Source of the DNA: Stramenopiles sp. TOSAG23-2
Lineage: Eukaryota
Assembly (NCBI GenBank): GCA_900128395.1
Contig: LT649235.1
Span: 62,001 to 89,958 of the forward strand
Reading direction: 5' to 3'
Length of the DNA stretch: 27,958 bases
The notes under the pieces were generated by a model. The model searched no databases. It was not told the DNA's origin and saw nothing but the letters and a program-made list of their open reading frames with translations. The position numbers and the translations under genes were made by a program. Positions 21,322 through 27,958 of this stretch are shown here, piece after piece. The first letter of the stretch is position 1. Each line of letters starts with the position of its first letter.

Positions 21322-21825
21322 AACACAATATATTTTAATATTATGGATACAGTATTATAATACAACCGATCAGATTGACCTAATAGACCCATCAAGACCA
21401 CTCATATAATTTTTTTAGTAGTATTTCCATATTCCATACATTTTGTATAATACCATATATAGCCTAAGCCGCACTTCTATTTTAACAACATTATTAGAAA
21501 TTTATAGATGGAAAAAACAAAACAAAAACAAATTTGAAAGATACAATTATATTGAACAGATATTACTACAGCGGATCTCTCAAGGATATTATCAAGACAA
21601 TAGAAGAAGTAAATACTGCATAAAGTTTTTGTTTTCATTTTTTGACACTGATACAATATATATAATATATAATATAGTACATTGACATTTACGAAAGCGA
21701 TACACAAGTATACATTAATAGATAAATATATATTATTGTAATTAACTGTAAAAAGAAATATATAGCTATTTCGTGAAGCACATAAAAACAATTCACTTTT
21801 CTTATAGCATTGTATTATTGAAAAC

Positions 21826-22161
21826 ATGAAGTTAATATTGAAACTTGTCGTTGTATTGTTGTTATCTGTCCTATTTTGTCTAGGTTTTGCTGATGAGACT
21901 TTTAATAAAGACTCATCTAATGTGGATGTTTGCTTTGAATGTTGTGCATATGGTAAATGTCCTGATGGTTGGACTTGTTGCGGGTGTCCAAACGTTTGCA
22001 TATGTTGCGATGATAATTATGAATGCACAAGTGGGGACCCATATTCATGTGTTTCACCATCAGCAGGCGAATTATCATTTGTAGCATATCTTAGAAAGAA
22101 TCATTTGATCAAATCGAAAAAAGCCCTTGAGAATGTAAAACACAACATTGCTTTTCATTAA
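21826..22161 (+). CDS. Small secreted cysteine-rich protein (111 aa, granulin-like spacing)
   Basis: Signal peptide MKLILKLVVVLLLSVLFCLGFA; 12 Cys in 40 residues including CPDGWTCC and CCDDNYEC. Confidence 0.8.
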   Translation: MKLILKLVVVLLLSVLFCLGFADETFNKDSSNVDVCFECCAYGKCPDGWTCCGCPNVCICCDDNYECTSGDPYSCVSPSAGELSFVAYLRKNHLIKSKKALENVKHNIAFH

Positions 22162-22573
22162 ATTTTTTTTTATTATCATATATATATATGATATCATATA
22201 TATATGCATATGCCAGGTATGCATACTTCGTGTGATATATGATAATTATTGAAAAATATATGTATATATATATTGATTATGATATAGTAAAAATTAAGAG
22301 TACAAAATGATATTACTGATATGATATTTGAAGTGTATGATGCATAAATGATACACAGTTTTTAAATTTTTATTTCTCTACTGGTGATAATTCCGACGAA
22401 ACGTATCATACTTCTCTAAAAGAATAACTTTAACCAAAGCCTAATATTAATCATATGCATAATAAATCTAATCTCCTCTCACAATATTGGTGTGTGTCTA
22501 ACAATAACTTTCCATATACCACAGGGAATAATATATACACACGGCACCACAAAATATTTTTTTTTGTTTAATT

Positions 22574-23839
22574 TTAAGATCGTTCAACTTGATCGCTCCA
22601 TGCATATAAATTTTTCTTCCCCCCTGCTACATCACTATCTGCACTTGTAATATTAATAGGCACTTTCAACGAATCATTGTCATCATGAAAATGAATGGTA
22701 TTTGTATTAGGTTCTATTGGGGCTAACAAAAACTGCTTTTGACCAAATTCATTTCGTTTTTCTAATAGGACGGAATTATTTGGAGACATTCTATCCATGG
22801 CGTTTAATGGCATACGAAGCTGAGATATGTTTCGTCTAGATCCTTCAGAAGTATGCGGGCGGATTGATTTACCTAAAAACTTGTCGGGGCTCTTTAAACG
22901 CCTTTTAATCATTTTTATAGGGTTTAAGTTACTTTTCCTACTTTTAACTTCTCGGGCTGGTGGTTCATACGTCGGTTCAATATCTAGCATTGGGCCAATG
23001 ACGCCATTCATTTTATCCATTATATTATTATCATGTATATAATTGGAAATGTACTTTTGATATTTCAAAACGCCTGATTTAAATATAGAAACTTTTGTTA
23101 CAATATTATCTAATCGAGCTTCCACTATTTTTTGTTGTTCCTCTTTATCCAATTTTAAACCATCTAATGGTTCCTTTTCCTTTGATATTTTAGAAACACT
23201 GGTAACAGTTTTTTGTAATATATCGGCTCGATATGCATCTAATGTTGCTGTCTTCCTTAATTGCAATAATTGTTGCGACAAGGAAAAGCCTTTTTCCTTT
23301 GCAGATTTTAATGCAGCTTTTGCATCCGATAATTCATTGCTTAGCACTGATATACGTTGCATTTGTTGTTGCGCCTTGAACTGATTTGCACTTGATTCAG
23401 TTTTTTGTTTTTCTATCTTCTCTTTCATTATCTTTACATTATTTACATGTGCTTTAACAGTTTGCTCTAGCTCTTTTGTTGTCGATATCAATTCCTCTTT
23501 ATCTTTTTGAAGGGTTGTAACTTGATCTATAGCTTTTTTTAACTGATTCACCTTTGTTGCAAGCTCCTCTCGACTCTTGTGCACAGTATCCTCATGTTTG
23601 CGCACTAAGCCTTTTAATGCAGTTACATTCTCTTCCACTTTTTTCAATTCTTCCTTTTTTTGATCAAATTTTTTCTTGATAAATTCATTTTTCGCACTTA
23701 AATTGCTAATTTTATATTTTTCTTCTTCAACTTCTTTCTTCAATTCTTCCTTTTCAACAATTAATAAATCAATAGCTTCTTCATGTTGCTGTTCCATCTC
23801 TAGCTTTACATGCTCATATTTTACCATTAGGCTTACCAT
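22574..23839 (-). CDS. Coiled-coil hypothetical protein (5' end uncertain, possibly spliced from ATG 23906)
   Basis: 421-aa ORF with E/K/Q-rich heptad pattern over about 200 aa; no family recognised. Confidence 0.8.
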   Translation of the reverse strand: MVSLMVKYEHVKLEMEQQHEEAIDLLIVEKEELKKEVEEEKYKISNLSAKNEFIKKKFDQKKEELKKVEENVTALKGLVRKHEDTVHKSREELATKVNQLKKAIDQVTTLQKDKEELISTTKELEQTVKAHVNNVKIMKEKIEKQKTESSANQFKAQQQMQRISVLSNELSDAKAALKSAKEKGFSLSQQLLQLRKTATLDAYRADILQKTVTSVSKISKEKEPLDGLKLDKEEQQKIVEARLDNIVTKVSIFKSGVLKYQKYISNYIHDNNIMDKMNGVIGPMLDIEPTYEPPAREVKSRKSNLNPIKMIKRRLKSPDKFLGKSIRPHTSEGSRRNISQLRMPLNAMDRMSPNNSVLLEKRNEFGQKQFLLAPIEPNTNTIHFHDDNDSLKVPINITSADSDVAGGKKNLYAWSDQVERS

Positions 23840-24584
23840 CTTCTAATTTTTTATGTATAATACCACTTTCTCCATCTTCTAAAACAATCGACTTACCAAT
23901 GTCCATAATCTATTATTTAGTTTAATGATGCGTATTGGAGGATGTAGTATATGTAATTATCAATATGCAATCTAATACATGTTTATTATTTCAGACCATT
24001 TATATATTGTATATCACATGTGAAAGGTGTGAGTTAATTCATGTTTGATAAAATTTGATAAATAATAAGAACATCATAGTATAGTAAAACGGATCGATTT
24101 TTTTTTTTTTTTTTATTATTATTATTTATTATTAAAATTAGCTATACTGATGTAGTGCTGTGTGTATGTGCCTGTAATATTTAAGGTGTGCAAACTATAG
24201 CTATTTAATATTGGAATAAATTGCCTGGATATGGCCGCATACATTTATTGAATTTATTATATATCCCAAAATCATGTTTGTGAATGCCAGAATGTGTTAC
24301 ATACGGTTATGAAGTACAAATGACGTACAAATTTAACAACACACACATTTATACACAGAGAGATATTCGTGTATATATATATATATATAATATATACGAC
24401 GTGTGTATATATATATTATTAATAAAAAATACGACTCGTATTTTTTAGTGTTTTATTGATTTTTTTAATAAAAATATTTTGTTTTTAATGATTTTATGCG
24501 TCGTAATTATAAATATGTATGATAACACAACCTTTTATTTAAATTTTTAATATTTTTTTAATTTTAAAAATATGCTCCTCCCTC

Positions 24585-27500
24585 TCACCTCCTTCTCTTT
24601 CTTTTCCGCTCTGCCTTCCTACGATAAAACTCTGATATAATGGAATGATCATAAATATTACTCTCTGGTTCCCATGATTGATGTTCTGGGCCATAATTTA
24701 ACCATTTTACTAAAAATTCCTTTTTACCTTTATTTACCCTTTCATTCAAAACTTTCTCAACAGTGTACACACTTGGTGAATCTAAACGAGCGTTTGCGTC
24801 CAATGTCTGTATTAACTGCTTCGGACTTGATGTATTTATCGGCGATAATGAATTATTCTTGACTTCACTACTACTGCTATTATCATTATTATTTCCTTTC
24901 TTCTTTTTAGATTTTACTTCATCTGGTTGTAATGTATTACCCCTATTGCTACCATATCTGGTTCTGCGAGGACTAATACCAATCTTCTTAACCATATCAT
25001 TCTCTTCGTGTTTTCTTTCTTCACTACCATTTCTACTACTACTCCTGCTATTGTTATTACTGCTATTATCATTAACAATGGTCGTTCCTTTAATAAAGTG
25101 AAGCTTACTAGTGGGTACAGATACAATTTTGTCACGCACAATTGTACGTTTAGCACGGCGTTTTGCCATTAATTTTTGTTTTTCAAATTTCAGATGTAAC
25201 TTCGTCGCCTTGCGTTGTAACATACCTGTAAAATCGTCATCTTCATCTTCCTCAGAGCTTTCACTACTGCTTTCACTACTACTTTCGCTGCTACTTTCGC
25301 TGCTACTACTATTATGCGGGTTACGTTTCGTTTTCTTTCTTTGTCTACCTCTCAATCCACCACCAGTTCGATATTCAGCAAAGTCATTTCTAAAATAAGT
25401 GGGAACGCCATACGTTTCGCCAACTTCCTTGTCAAGTTCTTTTAATGAATTCAAATCAAAAATTTTGTTTGCATTTGCTTCAATCTGTTTCCTTTTACTC
25501 TCATCCTTTTTCTTAGGTACTTTTGATTTTTTATTTTCTGCTGTTTTCTTCTCATCATCCTCGATTTGTTCTAACGGTTTCTTTTTTTCTTTTTTGAATT
25601 CTCGCAAGAATTTAATTTTTCTCGATTTGTACAATTTCATTTCGCGGTCTGCTTCGTCAACATTTAAATCACCTTCTTCCCCATCATCATATTCAGCATG
25701 CCAAATGAGAGTACCCGTACCATTATTAACATCATCTTCCGGTAGCAATGCGACGATTTTGCCAGCTATTTTCTTTTCAAAGACATCAACATTTTTTGGT
25801 ACACCACTCAACGTCAAATTTCCCACTTGTTTTTGCTCCACTGATGTTTCTGGCAAACGCTGAGTTACAAGATATGATGACGATTTATTATTATTTTTTT
25901 TGTCATCATCTTTAACGACAACATATTGTAGATAATACCTTGCAACGTTTGCGCCAATTAATTCGCCTTCTGTTTTCCATTCAGTTATCGACCCATCTTC
26001 CTCATGCGTTATATATATACCATCCTCACGAATACCGTTCTTCTTGTTACTAACAGTCTCGCTTTCTGTTGCAGCTTTAATTACTTCTGTATTTGTATTC
26101 ACCGCATTTGTATTTTCTATATTTCCCACATTTACGTCTCCATCATCGCCATCGTCACCATCGTTCTCAATGGAAACATCAATAATATTCTGTACTTCAC
26201 TTTGGGCTACTTGATACAAATAAGAACTAACCTTATTGTTCAATTTTCGAAATTTTTCACCATGTTCACCAACATACAATCTATTGTCATGCGGAGATGG
26301 TGGCCTTGACAAAACAATTGATGGATTTTGTATCCCATTTGCGATATTCATCCCTGTAATTGCATTACTTTCACTTGTCTTTGGGGCCTTCTCGTATACT
26401 GCTTCATTTATTTTTTCGAGTTTATCAATAGTATCATTCTCGCTTGTTGTAGGAGTATCATACAAACCTAACTTTGCAAACGGGTCGCTTGTAACTTGTC
26501 GTCGACGTTCTGATGCTCTATTGGCACTTGCTGCAAAATCATTAAGTATTTTAGTCAAACGTTGCTCATCTCTAACGTTGCTTTCGTCGTCTAAATCTAC
26601 CCATCCATATGGTCGTATATACCCTAATTGTTCTACATAATTTGGTCTAATCTCGGAAAATATCAATTCAGGTTCATTTTCATCGTCATCATCCTTGTTA
26701 TTGACACCATTACTATCATCGTCATTATCATTTCGGAAAATATCAATTCAGGTTCATTTTCATCGTCATCATCCTTGTTATTGACACCATTACTATCATC
26801 GTCATTATCATTTATATTCATACACGTTTCAACAAAATCCGTATTTTGTTCTATCATCTCTTGATTCAACCACTTGAGCTTTTCGTTTATAGATGCTATG
26901 TAAGCATCATAAAATGATCGCTCATCTCCGTCAGGAGAAAAATAAAACTTTGCTTGTTTACCATGTGCTTGTTTTACATCAACTCTCCATCCATCTGCTA
27001 ATTTAAAAGTAGGCAATTTATTTTGGAATTTTGATACATCGTTCAATGCATCTTCAAAATCTTTCGCTGCAGCTGCTGTCGATGCATAATTCGATGTAGA
27101 GGAACTGCCGGTGGTAACAGTGTGGGTGCTTGTGGTGTTTTCAGACACATCCATCATTTCAAAGATCCTAAATTCACCACCATCATCATCTGCATTTATT
27201 ATTACTTCGTCAGAAATAACTTTTTTTCTCTCATTACGCTGTTTCTGTTGTGGACTTGTATTACTTGGCTCATTATTATAATTGTTAACATTATTTTCAT
27301 CATCATCATTATCATTATACAAAGAATCAAAACTTATTGCTTTTGATAGTAAGTCGATATTATTCGATGGAGATAATTGCTCTTGCATTCGTTGTAGTTC
27401 ATCAAAAATTTCAATCGACCCACCAGCACTTTCGTGTACAATTCTTAAAATATCCCGTTTGATCACTTTTAATTCATCATTATGTTCATCATTGTCTGCT

Positions 27501-27958
27501 CTGCGTAATCTGCTTTTTAAATTCAATAATTTCTTTTTAAAAAATGCAAATTGCTTTTTTACGGAACTTGGTAGCTTAGACAACCACCTAATTGCCGTGT
27601 AAAGCTCTCGCTTTATTTTATTTGTATCAGTATAATAATACCTTGCAACTCTTGAAAGTGGATATTGCCAATTGTAATTATCACCCATGTCACTATCGTC
27701 ACTCGATTCATCGCTTTCACTACTACCACTACTGCCGAACGCTTTTCTCTGATTAGCAGCTTGGTCGCGTAAGAGTCTTTCAATTTCATTTTTTCTTAAC
27801 ATTTTCATTCGTTTCTCCTCTTCCATGCCTTTCAAACGAATCATCTGATCGATTGCTTGCTGATACCTGATCGATGCTGTATTCTTAGACTTCAAAAAAA
27901 TGTCATACATAGGACATTCCTCCATAGTCGTGTGTATATATTTTTCAAGATCGACATT
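24585..27958 (-). CDS. Large chromatin-reader-like protein (MBD-like, Tudor-like, C-terminal chromodomain); split by an 80-bp duplication; 5' end probably outside the window
   Basis: Chromodomain YTVEKVLNERVNKGKKEFLVKWLNYGPEHQSWEPESNI; Tudor-like WHAEYDDGEEGDL; MBD-like LADGWRVDVK..FYFSPDG. ORFs 26663-27925 and 24585-26666 fuse (at least 1086 aa) when one duplicate is removed; the frame stays open to the window edge. Confidence 0.82.
26653..26812. repeat. Exact 80-bp tandem duplication inside the chromodomain CDS
   Basis: 26653-26732 equals 26733-26812; causes a frameshift. Confidence 0.95.

Noticed and set aside
14237..27925. RBR and chromodomain genes as pseudogenes
   Set aside because: The only lesion in each is one exact tandem duplication, and the domains are otherwise intact.

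Overview
AT-rich, gene-dense eukaryotic nuclear DNA using the standard genetic code. The H3 sequence, ciliary genes and a protist-type lysozyme suggest a flagellated, probably bacterivorous stramenopile-like protist (inference). About 14 mostly intronless genes: histone H3, MLH1, RPL18, mitochondrial L21, a ubiquitin-like/TM protein, BBS1, a prion-like-domain ankyrin protein, an RBR E3 ligase (NZF-RBR-ZZ), a GH25 lysozyme, a DUF4050 protein, a FAM149-like protein, a 12-Cys secreted peptide, a coiled-coil protein, and a large MBD-like/Tudor/chromodomain protein running off the right edge. Eight exact 80-127 bp tandem duplications (two frameshift genes), a 174-bp perfect palindrome and a diverged ~428-bp tandem pair most likely reflect assembly/amplification artefacts. 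Points of biological interest: MLH1 ends FER-UGA instead of FERC; a shared TACCAG(GT) motif upstream of genes; a dispersed element in convergent intergenic regions; a strong intergenic hairpin followed by CTAG; unusual domain architectures. No prokaryotic system, CRISPR, tRNA or rRNA was seen, and no clearly new biological system can be claimed from this window alone.
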